Shown piece by piece: positions 43,585 through 53,570 of a stretch of DNA of 64,000 nt (positions are counted from its first letter, which is position 1; each line of letters starts with the position of its first letter). The translations under genes and the position numbers were made by a program. Source of the DNA: Rubrobacteraceae bacterium (GTDB taxonomy: Bacteria > Actinomycetota > Rubrobacteria > Rubrobacterales > Rubrobacteraceae); assembly GCA_035463295.1 (NCBI GenBank), contig DATHTK010000023.1, positions 1,563-65,562 on the forward strand, given 5' to 3'. The notes beneath the pieces are model-generated. The model was not told where the DNA came from. It searched no databases and saw only the letters and a program-made list of their open reading frames with translations.

Positions 43585-45072
43585 GTGCCGAACGAGAAGC
43601 CAGCGGATTCGAACACGAACGGCTCGTGGGGAGAACCGCTGGACCGGGCGCTCGGGCGCGCGAGCGACGCGCCCTTGCGGACCGGCAACCAGCTTACCCT
43701 GCTCCGCAACGGTCCGGAGGCCTTCGACGAGTGGCTGGAAGAGATCGGATGCGCCGAGAAGTGGGTGCACCTGGAGCTCTTCCAGTTCGAGGGCGACCGG
43801 ACCGGACGTCGTTTCGCGGAGGCGATCACACAGAAGGCGCGGGAAGGCGTACGCGTGCGCGTCCTCTACGATTGGTTGGGCTCTTTCATGGTGCCGCACT
43901 CCTTCTGGCGGGAGTTGCGCCGTGCGGGGGTGGAGGTGCGCGTCGTCAACCCCCCGCAGGTAAGCTCGCCGCTGCGGGTCTTCGAGCGGGACCACCGCAA
44001 GCTCCTCACCGTGGACGGCCTCTATGCCTCCACGGGCGGGGTGAGCGTCGCCGACCTCTGGATGCAGCGGTCGCCGGAGACGGGGCTTCCCTACCGCGAC
44101 ACGTCGGTCGGCGTCCGCGGACCCGCGGTCGCCGACCTGGAGCGGGCCTTCGCCGGGGTGTGGGACCTCTCGGGGTCGCCGTTGCCCCGTGAGGAGCTTC
44201 CGGCGGCCTCCGAGATACCCGCTGCCGGAGACCAGGACGCGCGGGTTATAGTCCAGGAGCCCGGCAAGATGCGCGTCCTCAGGACGCTAGAGTTGCTGAC
44301 CGCCACGGTAGAGGAGAGGATGTGGATCGCCGACGCCTACTTCCTCTCGATGACGACGCTGACGCGGGGGCTCCTGTCCGCTGCCCACGATGGGGTGGAC
44401 GTCCGCATCCTGGTGCCCACGCCCGCGACCAACGACCAGCCCCCGGTGGGCACCCTCTCTCGCGCGGGCTACCGCCAGCTCCTGGAGGCGGGGGTGCGGA
44501 TCTTCGAGTACGGCGGCCCGATGATGCACGCCAAGACCACCGTCGCCGACGCCAGACTCTGCCGCATAGGCTCCACCAACCTCAACTTCGCGGGCCTCGT
44601 CACGAACTGGGAGATAGACCTCCTCGCTCAGGATAGGGACTTCGGCGCCCGGATGGAATGGATGTTCGAGGAGGACCTCGACGACGCCCGAGAGGTGATC
44701 CTGGAGTCCCGCGGCCCGGGGCGCAACCCCCGCCCGCGCCCGGAGAGCCCGGCCACGAGGCCCGAGCAGCGCGCGCAGCGCCGTCCGCGGGAGGCCGCGC
44801 CCCGCGCTCTGGCAGCGGCCACGCGCCTCGGGCGGACGGCCTTCGAGATGACGAGTAGCGAGGGCCTCAGGCGACACGAGCGGTCCGTGGTCGCGGCCGT
44901 CGCGGGCGCCGCGCTCGCCGCCGGCCTCGCCGGGGCGCGCTTCCCGAAGGTGCTGGCGTGGCCGCTTTCCGCTCTGCTCAGCCTCCTGGGCGCGACCGGC
45001 CTCTTGCACGCCGCCCGGCCCGCCGAGGAACGGCGGCCGGAGAGCCCGGAGTCGGGGACTAGAGCGAGGTAG
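43585..45072 (+). CDS. Phospholipase-D superfamily protein (cardiolipin-synthase-like) with C-terminal TM segments
   Basis: Two HKD motifs, HRKLLTVDG and HAKTTVADA...GSTNLN. Hydrophobic tail VVAAVAGAALAAGLAG...LSALLSLLGATGLL. Confidence 0.85.
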   Translation: MPNEKPADSNTNGSWGEPLDRALGRASDAPLRTGNQLTLLRNGPEAFDEWLEEIGCAEKWVHLELFQFEGDRTGRRFAEAITQKAREGVRVRVLYDWLGSFMVPHSFWRELRRAGVEVRVVNPPQVSSPLRVFERDHRKLLTVDGLYASTGGVSVADLWMQRSPETGLPYRDTSVGVRGPAVADLERAFAGVWDLSGSPLPREELPAASEIPAAGDQDARVIVQEPGKMRVLRTLELLTATVEERMWIADAYFLSMTTLTRGLLSAAHDGVDVRILVPTPATNDQPPVGTLSRAGYRQLLEAGVRIFEYGGPMMHAKTTVADARLCRIGSTNLNFAGLVTNWEIDLLAQDRDFGARMEWMFEEDLDDAREVILESRGPGRNPRPRPESPATRPEQRAQRRPREAAPRALAAATRLGRTAFEMTSSEGLRRHERSVVAAVAGAALAAGLAGARFPKVLAWPLSALLSLLGATGLLHAARPAEERRPESPESGTRAR

Positions 45073-45089
45073 CGGCTCGGGTAGATGGC

Positions 45090-45860
45090 TCAGACGCCGA
45101 GCTTCAGACCGTCTTCTGCCACGACCACATCGCCCGCGTAACCACGGGCGACCTGCGAGACCAGGTCCAGGCGCTCGGCCTGCGGGCTGATGTGCGTGAG
45201 GACCACGCGCTCGACGCCGGCCTCGGAGGCGATCCTGGCGACGCCGCTCGGCGTGAGGTGTCCGGGGAACGGACGGTCGTCGGGGAAGGTGCAGTCGATC
45301 AGGAGCGTGTTCGCGCCGCGCGCGAGCTTGACGACGGACTCCGCGTACCCAGTGTCGCCGGTGTAGACGAAGGACCCGCGATCCGAGTCCAGGCGATAAG
45401 CGATGCTCTCCGGGCGGTGGTCGCTCGGAGCCCAGCTGAGACCGCACCCCGGAAGCTCCAGAGGCCCTCCGTGGTCCCGCGGTAGCTCGGAGATCTCCGC
45501 CGGGTTGCCCCCGAGCAACCACTGCCCCCAGGAGCGTGTGCCCCGGCGCCATAAACGGAGGAAAGGCTCGGGACCGCTCATGGAGAACGGTCGCGAGGAG
45601 GACGCTCTACCGCCGTCTCCAGCGGCGAACCTTCGCCGGAAGAGAAACGGGACCACGTCGATCGTATGGTCGCCGTGGAAGTGGGTGAAGAACACGCGGT
45701 CCACCCCCGAAGGGTAGATGCCGGCGCTCCTCATACCGCGGACCGCGCGGAAACCGAGGTCGAAGACGAGCGTCTCCGCTTCTGTCTCGACCACGACGCA
45801 GCTCTGCCGTCGCCGGAGACGAAGCGAGGCTGTGCCCGTGCCGATAACCGTCACATCCAC
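45090..45860 (-). CDS. MBL-fold metallo-hydrolase (RNase Z/BN-like)
   Basis: FTHFHGDHTID metal motif. DTGY and GHLT distal motifs. Confidence 0.85.
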   Translation of the reverse strand: MDVTVIGTGTASLRLRRRQSCVVVETEAETLVFDLGFRAVRGMRSAGIYPSGVDRVFFTHFHGDHTIDVVPFLFRRRFAAGDGGRASSSRPFSMSGPEPFLRLWRRGTRSWGQWLLGGNPAEISELPRDHGGPLELPGCGLSWAPSDHRPESIAYRLDSDRGSFVYTGDTGYAESVVKLARGANTLLIDCTFPDDRPFPGHLTPSGVARIASEAGVERVVLTHISPQAERLDLVSQVARGYAGDVVVAEDGLKLGV

Positions 45861-46220
45861 CTCGAAAGCCTTCTCTCCTCTTCTGTACTTGCGCTACCCC
45901 GGGGCACGCCTCGGTCTCCACCCTGTGGTGTGGCTTCGGAGCAACGCCCTACGAGTACGCTAGCTTATCAGGAAGTACTCGGGAGAGCCGACGCTCGGAC
46001 CGACCGGAAGGACCCGGCAGTTCCGGAACGTTCTTACGCCCCGCCGAACGACATCCACAGATCACCACCCCGCGCGAGACGAGCACGGCCAGGATCAGGG
46101 CCGTGCTGGTGCGTCTGTAGATCCGGATCGGCGGTCATGTCCAGCTCGGATGTCACGTCGGGCTCGGCACATGCCCGACTATGTTAAGGTCCGGCTCGGT
46201 GATCTAGCCGGGAGCGAGTC

Positions 46221-46835
46221 GTGCTCGAGAACTTAGGCCAGTGGATCCAGAGCGTCATGGGGTCTCTGGGCTATCTCGGCCTTGCCCTGCTCCTGGTCCT
46301 CGAGAACCTCTTCCCGCCGATCCCCTCCGAAGTGGTCTTGCCGCTCGCCGGCTTCTTCGTCGGAAGGGGGGTTTTCTCCTTCTGGGGAGCGCTGCTCGCC
46401 GCGACGGTCGGGGCGACGTCCGGGGCGCTCGTCCTGTATGGCCTGGGCCGGAGCGGCGGGAGGGCGCTGGTGCTGCGCTATGGCAAATGGCTGCACGTGA
46501 CGGCGGAGGACCTGAACCGGGCGGAGGGCTGGTTCCGGCGCTACGGCGACTGGGTGGTGCTGGGCGCCCGCCTGGTGCCCTTTGCCCGCAGCGTCGTCTC
46601 GGTGCCGGCCGGCACCTCCAGGATGCCGTTGCTCCGATTCACCATCCTCACCACCATCGGCTCCGCCGTCTGGAACACCGTTCTCATCGTGGCCGGTTAT
46701 GCTCTAGGCGCCAGCTGGGAGCGGGTGAGCGGATGGGTGGGCGCCTACTCCGATGTCATCCTCGTGGCCGTGATCGCCGCGGCTATCCTCTACCCCCCGA
46801 TCAGATACCTCCGTCGCCGAATGAGAGAAGGTTAG
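46221..46835 (+). CDS. DedA-family (SNARE-associated) membrane protein
   Basis: LLVLENLFPPIPSEVVLPLAGF and GARLVPFARSVVSVPAG signatures. Confidence 0.9.
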   Translation: MLENLGQWIQSVMGSLGYLGLALLLVLENLFPPIPSEVVLPLAGFFVGRGVFSFWGALLAATVGATSGALVLYGLGRSGGRALVLRYGKWLHVTAEDLNRAEGWFRRYGDWVVLGARLVPFARSVVSVPAGTSRMPLLRFTILTTIGSAVWNTVLIVAGYALGASWERVSGWVGAYSDVILVAVIAAAILYPPIRYLRRRMREG

Positions 46836-47197
46836 GGTGCGCTGCCCGCCTAGCATCGGCGATCCTACTGACTGGGATTCGTTCGGGGTTCGCCGGGGCT
46901 ATAGTCTGAAACGGTCGTCGAATTCGTCCCCGACGCCCTGGAATAGACCCGTAACGACCTCGTCGTAGTTACGCGCGCCGTGCCGACCATGAACGCCTCC
47001 GGCTCTTGACCCGGTCTCTGGCGATAGAATTATCGAGATGGTTCCGGACGGACCGGAAGGAGAACGACAGGACCATGCAGGCGAACAGTAAGCCCTCGAC
47101 GTCCAGCTCCTCAGGCGCCTCGACCCGCGCCCGAGCGTGAGCACCGCAAGTGGGGGGGAACCGAAGAGCGAGCATGACCTGGAAAGGAGATCCGACC

Positions 47198-47299
47198 ATG
47201 ACTGAAGAGAAGCGCACCACCCTGGAGGAGGCTCGCCGGAGGGGCGACGAGATCGGCGTGGAGTGGGCCCAGAGGCGCCGCGCTGGTGAGAGCTCCTGA
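47198..47299 (+). other. 33-codon ORF with strong SD (MTEEKRTTLEEARRRGDEIGVEWAQRRRAGESS)
   Basis: AAAGGAG sits 8 nt upstream of the ATG. No recognisable family; it may be a leader peptide or a gene remnant. Confidence 0.25.
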
Positions 47300-47309
47300 G
47301 CACCGGAAC

Positions 47310-47429
47310 ATGTCCGCTGAAGATTCAACCGGGTCAGCGCCGGTACTCCGGACCGAGCACTTGATCCGTAAGGTGGAGGGCCAGACCATCGCCAGCGATC
47401 TCTCCGTCGAGGCCGGGGAGAGGTCTTGA
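47310..47429 (+). pseudogene. N-terminal 39-codon remnant of an ABC-transporter ATP-binding protein
   Basis: PVLRTEHLIRKVEGQTIASDLSVEAGE is the canonical beta-strand lead-in that normally precedes Walker A. The ORF stops (TGA 47427) right there, overlapping the P-type ATPase start. Confidence 0.5.
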
Positions 47430-50191
47430 ACGTGCTGTCCGCTGCCGAGGCCGCCGCCCGGAGCGCGGAAGAGCTCCTCGAGACGCTGGAGAGCTCGGCG
47501 CAGAAAGGTCTGAGTTCCGGGGAGGCGAGGAGGAGGCTGGAAGAGCTCGGGCCGAACGTGCTCGACCGCGCCTCCGGCGAGGGGGTCTGGAAGATCCTGT
47601 GGCGCCAGGTGAACGACCCTCTGATCTGGGTGCTCCTGGCGTCGTCTGTGCTGGCGCTCTTGCTGGGAGAGACCGTGGACGCCTTCGTGGTGCTCGCGGT
47701 CGTGGTCCTCAACACCATCATCGGCTTCGTGCAAGAGTATCGAGCGAGCAAGGAGATAGAGGCGCTCGTGGACCTCGTCCCCCGGCGGGCGACCGTACTG
47801 CGCGACGGCGAGCGCGTCGCGGTCTCCGCCGACGACCTGGTCCCCGGCGACGTCGTGCTCCTTGCGGCCGGAGACCAGGTGCCGGCCGACGCGAGGGTGC
47901 TCTCCTCGAAGAGCCTCCAGGTGGACGAGTCCGCCCTGACAGGGGAATCGGTCCCGGTGGAGAAGGGCACTGAGCCCGTCGAGGACGGCTCGGAGATAGG
48001 CGGCAGGACCGGCGTGGTCCATGGCGGGACGCTCGCCACCTACGGTAGGGGCACGGCCGTCATCTTCACGACCGGAAGCGGAACCGAGATCGGGCGCATC
48101 TCCTCGATGCTCGGTGAGGCGACGGAGGTCGAGACGCCGCTGACACGCCAGATCTCCGTGTTCAGCAAGTGGCTGACAGTGGCAATCGTCGTCGTGGCCG
48201 TTCTACTTTTCCCGCTGGGTCTCCTGCGCGAGTTCCCGACCGCGGACGCGCTGCTCGCCGCGATCGCGCTGGCGGTCGCCGCTATCCCGGAGGGCCTGCC
48301 CGCGATCATCACCATAGCCCTGGCCGTCGGTGTGCGGCGCATGGCGGGACGCCGCGCCATTATCCGCCGTCTGCCCGCGGTCGAAACCCTCGGCTCCACC
48401 ACCGTGATCAACACCGACAAGACCGGCACCCTCACCAGAAACGAGATGACCGTCAAGGAGCTATGGACCCCGCGCGAGGGTTCCCATGGCGAAGCCGGCG
48501 GCGCCTACGCCCTGGACGGCGCGGGCTACGACCCCGAGGGAGAGCTCCTGGATCTGGACGGCAACCCGGTGGACGAGGTTCCGGACGACCTCGTGGAGAT
48601 GGTGCGCGCCGGGCTCCTGTGCAACGACGCCACGATCAACGACGGTGAGGACGGGCGAACCGTCGCCGGCGACCCGACCGAGGGCGCGCTCATCGTCGCC
48701 GCGGAGAAGCTGGGCCTCGACGTCGGAGAGACCCGCCGCCGTTTCAGGCGCGTGGACTCGGTCCCGTTCGAGTCCGAGCGACGATACATGGCGACGCTGA
48801 ACGATACGCCCGGCGGCGAGCGCCGCGTGTACCTGAAGGGCGCCCCGGGGGTCGTTCTGGAGCGGTGCGACACCATGACCGGCGGAGCGCCGCTTGATGG
48901 TGAGGCGGTGTTGGGCGAGGTCGAGCGCATGTCCTCCGGGGGGATGCGCGTGCTGGCGCTCGCCTCGAAGCCGGCCCTCGGGCTGGACGCAGTCGAAGAG
49001 ACCGGCGTACAGGACGGCTTCGTGTTCCTCGGCCTCGTGGGGATGACCGATCCGCCGCGCGAGGAGGCCATAGAGGCGATCGCCGCCTGCCACGACGCTG
49101 GGATCACGGTAAAGATGATAACCGGCGACTACGCCGGCACCGCCGCCGCCATAGGGCGTCAGGTCGGCCTGATCGGGGAGCACGAAATGGACGGCGCCAT
49201 GACCGGCCGCGAGCTCGACCGGCTCTCCGATGATGAGCTGAGGGAGGCCGCCGCCCGCACGAACGTCTTCGCCCGCGTCGCCCCCGAGCACAAGATACGC
49301 CTCGTGCGCGCGTTGCAGGAAAACGGCGAGATCGCGGCGATGACCGGCGACGGGGTCAACGACGCCCCGGCCCTCAAGCAGGCCGACATAGGCGTAGCGA
49401 TGGGCATAACCGGCACCGACGTCTCCAAGGAGTCGGCCGACGTCGTCCTCACCGACGACAACTTCGCCACGATCGCGGCGGCCGTGGAAGAAGGCCGCCG
49501 GGTCTACGACAACCTCCGCAAAGCCCTGGCGTTCCTCCTGCCGACGAACCTGGGGGAGGCCCTGATCATCCTGCTCGCCGTGGCGTTCTTCCCGGTGACC
49601 GCCGCGGGACAGGCGCTGCTGCCCATCCAGCCCGTGCAGATACTCTGGATCAACCTCGTCGCCGCGGTCGCCCTCGGCCTTCCCCTGGCCTTCGAGGCCA
49701 GGGAGCCCGACATAATGAGCCGGCCGCCGCTCGACCCGAAACGCCAGATCCTCGACCGTTTCCTCCTCTTCAGGACCGTGGTGGTGGGTCTGCTGATGGC
49801 CGCCGGGGCCATCGGGCTCTTTATCCTCCGCTACTTCGGTAGCGATGCCTCGAGCGGTGATCTCGGCGGCGCCCAGACGGAGGCGGTGACGACCGTGATA
49901 CTGTTCCAGATCTTCTACCTCCTGGAATGCCGCTCGTTGCGCGGCTCGTCGCTCAAGATGGGGCTCTTTTCGAACCGCTGGATCTACGTTGGCATCGGGG
50001 CGATCCTCGTCCTCCAGCTCGGCTTTGTGTACCTGCCGTTCATGAACGTCCTGTTCGGGTCTGCTCCCCTCGGCCCCACCGATTGGATGTGGGCGACGCT
50101 AGCCGCTCTCGTGGTGCTGCCCGTGGTCGAGGTCGAGAAGTGGTGGCGCGAGCGCCGCTACCGGCGAAGGATCGGACGATCAGGCCCGTGA
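47426..50191 (+). CDS. P-type cation-transporting ATPase (P2-type, Ca2+/Mg2+-ATPase-like)
   Basis: LTGESVPVEKG (A domain), DKTGTLTRNEMT (phosphorylation site), KGAPGVV, MITGDYAGTA, TGDGVNDAPALKQADIGVAMG. The start could be TTG 47426 or GTG 47432. Confidence 0.92.
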   Translation: MNVLSAAEAAARSAEELLETLESSAQKGLSSGEARRRLEELGPNVLDRASGEGVWKILWRQVNDPLIWVLLASSVLALLLGETVDAFVVLAVVVLNTIIGFVQEYRASKEIEALVDLVPRRATVLRDGERVAVSADDLVPGDVVLLAAGDQVPADARVLSSKSLQVDESALTGESVPVEKGTEPVEDGSEIGGRTGVVHGGTLATYGRGTAVIFTTGSGTEIGRISSMLGEATEVETPLTRQISVFSKWLTVAIVVVAVLLFPLGLLREFPTADALLAAIALAVAAIPEGLPAIITIALAVGVRRMAGRRAIIRRLPAVETLGSTTVINTDKTGTLTRNEMTVKELWTPREGSHGEAGGAYALDGAGYDPEGELLDLDGNPVDEVPDDLVEMVRAGLLCNDATINDGEDGRTVAGDPTEGALIVAAEKLGLDVGETRRRFRRVDSVPFESERRYMATLNDTPGGERRVYLKGAPGVVLERCDTMTGGAPLDGEAVLGEVERMSSGGMRVLALASKPALGLDAVEETGVQDGFVFLGLVGMTDPPREEAIEAIAACHDAGITVKMITGDYAGTAAAIGRQVGLIGEHEMDGAMTGRELDRLSDDELREAAARTNVFARVAPEHKIRLVRALQENGEIAAMTGDGVNDAPALKQADIGVAMGITGTDVSKESADVVLTDDNFATIAAAVEEGRRVYDNLRKALAFLLPTNLGEALIILLAVAFFPVTAAGQALLPIQPVQILWINLVAAVALGLPLAFEAREPDIMSRPPLDPKRQILDRFLLFRTVVVGLLMAAGAIGLFILRYFGSDASSGDLGGAQTEAVTTVILFQIFYLLECRSLRGSSLKMGLFSNRWIYVGIGAILVLQLGFVYLPFMNVLFGSAPLGPTDWMWATLAALVVLPVVEVEKWWRERRYRRRIGRSGP

Positions 50192-50588
50192 AGGCGCTCC
50201 GACACGAGACCCCTTTGTTGTCTCTGGAGGGGTTCCCGCTATTTCTGATGAGGCGCTGGAGATCGAAGCGCCCGGGTACCGGCTGCCGTGAGAAGACCCC
50301 TCTCCTCTAGGAACAGAGGCTGGGGCTAGGCAATCTGGCCCGCCAACTGGCCTTCGATACGCCTGAGGAAATCCTTTGGTTGCCTCCTGAGAATACCGCA
50401 AAGTGATGAGACAGGAGTCCGACTAAGGTCCTAGGTGACGTTTCTTCTTTAGCCCGATGCCGCATCTTGTCCAAACCCCTATCCTGTATTTCGACAGGTG
50501 ATCCGGGACACGTGGAGAAGCCCCCGGCCCCGCGGCTGTTACCCACAGCGGATCGCGGGGATGAGAGACACACAGGAGGAGAGAGACC

Positions 50589-50783
50589 ATGACGACGACC
50601 AGCGTTATCGACGCGACGACAGAATTGGGTTCGTACGCTCCCGGCGGAAGCGGCGAACGGACGTTGTCGCTCTTGCTCGCTACCAGAGAGGTGAGGGACA
50701 GCATCAAGCGCACCCACGAGGATGCGGCCATAGACGAGGAGGATATCCTCACGCAGGACGAGGAGGCTCTCGTCCTGGGATAG
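50589..50783 (+). CDS. Small acidic hypothetical protein (64 aa)
   Basis: AGGAGGAG SD 7-8 nt upstream of the ATG. No recognisable domain. Lies in the lower-G+C islet. Confidence 0.4.
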   Translation: MTTTSVIDATTELGSYAPGGSGERTLSLLLATREVRDSIKRTHEDAAIDEEDILTQDEEALVLG

Positions 50784-50823
50784 TAGAGAACAGTCTTGCA
50801 GCTGGAGACGGTGGAACACGAAC

Positions 50824-51393
50824 TTGGGAGAGGCCAAACGGCTTATGATCGCTCAGATGAACGTCGAGGCGCAGGTGGAGGCCGACTTCGACCATGCCCA
50901 TAGAAGAGCTTTCATCCGGCGCGTGATAGAGGCGCTGCATAACCACACCACTGATCTGCCTGCGTTTGAGAAGCTCAGGAAGTCGCTTGGAGTTTCGAAT
51001 CGAGTTGCGCTTGCTGGAATAAAGACGGTCGAGGTCGAGAAGATAGTGGGCAGTGTAGGTCGCTACAAGGACTTCGACTCCTGCTTTCTTCCGGCAAGAT
51101 CGAACGTGTCGGCGCGCTGGGAGCGCGTAGACCAAGCCTTTCTCAGGGGTGATGAGCTACCGCCAGTGAGCTTGTACAAGGTGGGGAATGTTTACTTTGT
51201 AAACGACGGCAACCACAGGGTCTCGGTGGCCCGTTATCACGGCGTAGAGGAGATCGACGCCGAAGTGGTAGAGTTCGGCTCGTCAGGATCGTCCACTGCC
51301 AGGCTCTTGAATGCCTTGCCAAACTGCTCGGGCCTACTATCTCGACTCAGCGGCAAGCTCAGGTCCGCCCTCTCGCTCCACGGGCGCGAATAG
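50824..51393 (+). CDS. ParB/Srx-fold (ParB N-terminal nuclease-like) domain protein
   Basis: VEVEKIVGSVGRYKDFDSCFLP...PPVSLYKVGNVYFVNDGNHRVSVARYHGVEEIDAEVVE matches the ParB-like DG(N/H)HR core. Start uncertain (TTG 50824, ATG 50845 or ATG 50857). Confidence 0.55.
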   Translation: MGEAKRLMIAQMNVEAQVEADFDHAHRRAFIRRVIEALHNHTTDLPAFEKLRKSLGVSNRVALAGIKTVEVEKIVGSVGRYKDFDSCFLPARSNVSARWERVDQAFLRGDELPPVSLYKVGNVYFVNDGNHRVSVARYHGVEEIDAEVVEFGSSGSSTARLLNALPNCSGLLSRLSGKLRSALSLHGRE

Positions 51394-51764
51394 AATCTCC
51401 ATCACATACCGGGGGACTCCGAAACCTGAGAAGGGGAACTGCTCCCTACCGGACGCCGACAATGTCCTTCACGCTGGATAAGGGGGGCACCTGACTGCGC
51501 GACGCTTGGGACATAAGGGACATCGAAAACGGCGCCAATTGGCTCGGATCTCTCAGGCTGAAGAGGTCTGGAAGTTGTTCCTGCCCCCGAGAACATGGTC
51601 GCCTGGGTACAAGCGAACCCACTAAGCGTTGGGGGCGAGAAGGGCGTGCCGAGGGCAGCGCGGCGCTGGCGCAGATCATAGTCAGAGCCATTCGAAGGAG
51701 GTTCGAAGGAAGGGCGCCGCCACAAAGAGGGCGGTCTTCACTTCATTCGATCCGTAGGGATCGC

Positions 51765-52544
51765 CTACGCTCGTCCGTTGCCGGTCTCGCGGGCGCGGCG
51801 GTACTCGGAGACCATGAGCTCGGTGAGCTCCTCGACGGAGGTCTCGCTCGTCGGCCTGTCGTAGCTAATGCTACCGTGCTGGAGGACGTTCACGCGGTCG
51901 CAGACCTCGAAGACGTGAGCGTAGTTGTGGACTATAAGGATGATCGAGACCTCCCCCTCGTCGCGCAGGCGTTGTATGAGGTCGAGGATCATCGCGCCCT
52001 CTTTGGCGCCCATCGCCGCCAGCGGCTCGTCGAGGAGCAGTATCTTCGCGTTCGAGTAGACGGAGCGGGCGACCGCTATCGCCTGGCGCTGGCCGCCGGA
52101 GAGCATCGCTACCGTCGTGTCGATGGAGGGGATGTTGACCCCGATCTCATCCAGGTAGCGGCGGGTCTTCTCCTTCATAGCGCGGTTGTTGAGAAGGGGG
52201 AGGGGGCGGCGTGTGATCTCGGAGTTCAGGAACATGTTGTGGTAGACGCTGAGGTCGTTGACGAGCGCGAGGTCCTGGAAGACGGTCTGGATCCCCAGGC
52301 TCTGCGCGTGTGAGACCGACTTCAGCTCGATCTCCTCGTCCTCTATAAAGATCCTGCCGGCGTCGGGCTTGTGGAAGCCGGTGATGATCTTGATCAGGGT
52401 GGACTTCCCGGCCCCGTTGTCCCCGATGAGGCCGAGCACCTCGCCCCTGCGCAGGTGCAGGCTGACGTCGCTCAGGGCGACGTTCGGTCCGAACCGTTTG
52501 ACGATGTTCTCCGCGCGCAGTACGTCCGGGGCCCCATCGTTCAC
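51765..52544 (-). CDS. Sugar ABC transporter ATP-binding protein (single-NBD, FrcA-like)
   Basis: Walker A GDNGAGKST, signature LSGGQRQ, Walker B ILLLDEP. GTG 52544 overlaps the permease stop (GTGA) behind GAGGAGGA. The ORF-track extension to 53006 lies inside the permease gene. Confidence 0.9.
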   Translation of the reverse strand: MNDGAPDVLRAENIVKRFGPNVALSDVSLHLRRGEVLGLIGDNGAGKSTLIKIITGFHKPDAGRIFIEDEEIELKSVSHAQSLGIQTVFQDLALVNDLSVYHNMFLNSEITRRPLPLLNNRAMKEKTRRYLDEIGVNIPSIDTTVAMLSGGQRQAIAVARSVYSNAKILLLDEPLAAMGAKEGAMILDLIQRLRDEGEVSIILIVHNYAHVFEVCDRVNVLQHGSISYDRPTSETSVEELTELMVSEYRRARETGNGRA

Positions 52545-53557
52545 GAGATCCTCCTCGCCGTCCGCATCCTGCCGACGTAGATGTTGAGAACCATGACGAT
52601 CAGGATGGCGATCCCGAGGATGACGTTGAAGGTGAACGCGCCTATGCCCTGCAGCGTGAACCCGTTGCGCAATACCGAGAGCACCAGCGTCCCGATAAAG
52701 GCCCCGATCATGGTCCCCACCCCGCCGGCGAGCGGCGTCCCCCCGATGACCGCCGCCGAGATCGCCAGGAACATCACGCCCGCCCCGCCCGCCAGGGGGT
52801 CTATGGACTCGATGCGCATCGCCTCCAGAATCCCGGCGAACCCGGCGAGCGTGCTGCAGATCATGAAGTTCACGATCCTCACCCGGTCGACCTTTATGCC
52901 CGCTTCCTTGGCCCCAATGAAGTTGCCGCCGGTCGCGAAGGTGTAGATCCCCCAGCGCGTGTAGTTGAGCAGCACGTGCATGATGATGAAGACGGCGACG
53001 CACCACAGGATGCCCGCGTACGGGTACTCCCCGAGCGCCCGGGTGATGGCGCTCTCCTCCGGCGTGGTCTTGGGGAAGCCCGCTACGAGTATGACGTTCA
53101 CCCCGCCCAGCAGGAAGTACATCCCCAGGGTCGCCACGAAAGACGGCACCCCGAAGTAGACCCTCAAGACCCCGTTCACGAATCCTACGACCGCGGTCAG
53201 GAGCAGCCCCAGTACCACCGCGAGCGGCAGGACCAGGAAGAACTGCTCGTAGGCTATGTACATCGCGATCGGCGCGAACGCGAAGGCCTGGCCGACGGAG
53301 AGGTCGATCTCGCCGAGGATCATCACCATCACGAGCCCGGCGGCTACGATGGCGGTCGCGGCTATGGACTGCGCGAGACCTCGCAGGTTCCCCTGCTGCA
53401 GGAACGCCGGGTTTGAGGCCTGGAAGTAGATCACCAGCGCCACCGCGACGACGAAGATGCTGATCTCCTGCCGCCGCAACAGCGTCTCGGCCACGCGGGC
53501 GAAGAGCCCGGGACCCTGAGTCTCCGCCTCGTCCCTTGTCGGTGCCCGGGTAGCCAT
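52541..53557 (-). CDS. Sugar ABC transporter permease (BPD_transp_2, RbsC/FrcC-like)
   Basis: Roughly 9-10 TM segments. GEIDLSVGQ and GGTPLAGGVGT signatures. Confidence 0.9.
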   Translation of the reverse strand: MATRAPTRDEAETQGPGLFARVAETLLRRQEISIFVVAVALVIYFQASNPAFLQQGNLRGLAQSIAATAIVAAGLVMVMILGEIDLSVGQAFAFAPIAMYIAYEQFFLVLPLAVVLGLLLTAVVGFVNGVLRVYFGVPSFVATLGMYFLLGGVNVILVAGFPKTTPEESAITRALGEYPYAGILWCVAVFIIMHVLLNYTRWGIYTFATGGNFIGAKEAGIKVDRVRIVNFMICSTLAGFAGILEAMRIESIDPLAGGAGVMFLAISAAVIGGTPLAGGVGTMIGAFIGTLVLSVLRNGFTLQGIGAFTFNVILGIAILIVMVLNIYVGRMRTARRIS

Positions 53558-53570
53558 CGAACTCGACGGC

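Noticed and set aside
45861-46220. A 360-bp divergent region between the MBL and DedA genes containing a lipoprotein-signal-like frame (…ALILAVLVSRGVVICGC…) on the minus strand.
   Set aside because: That frame has no start codon after the preceding stop and it is short. It is probably fortuitous, or a remnant that cannot be supported.
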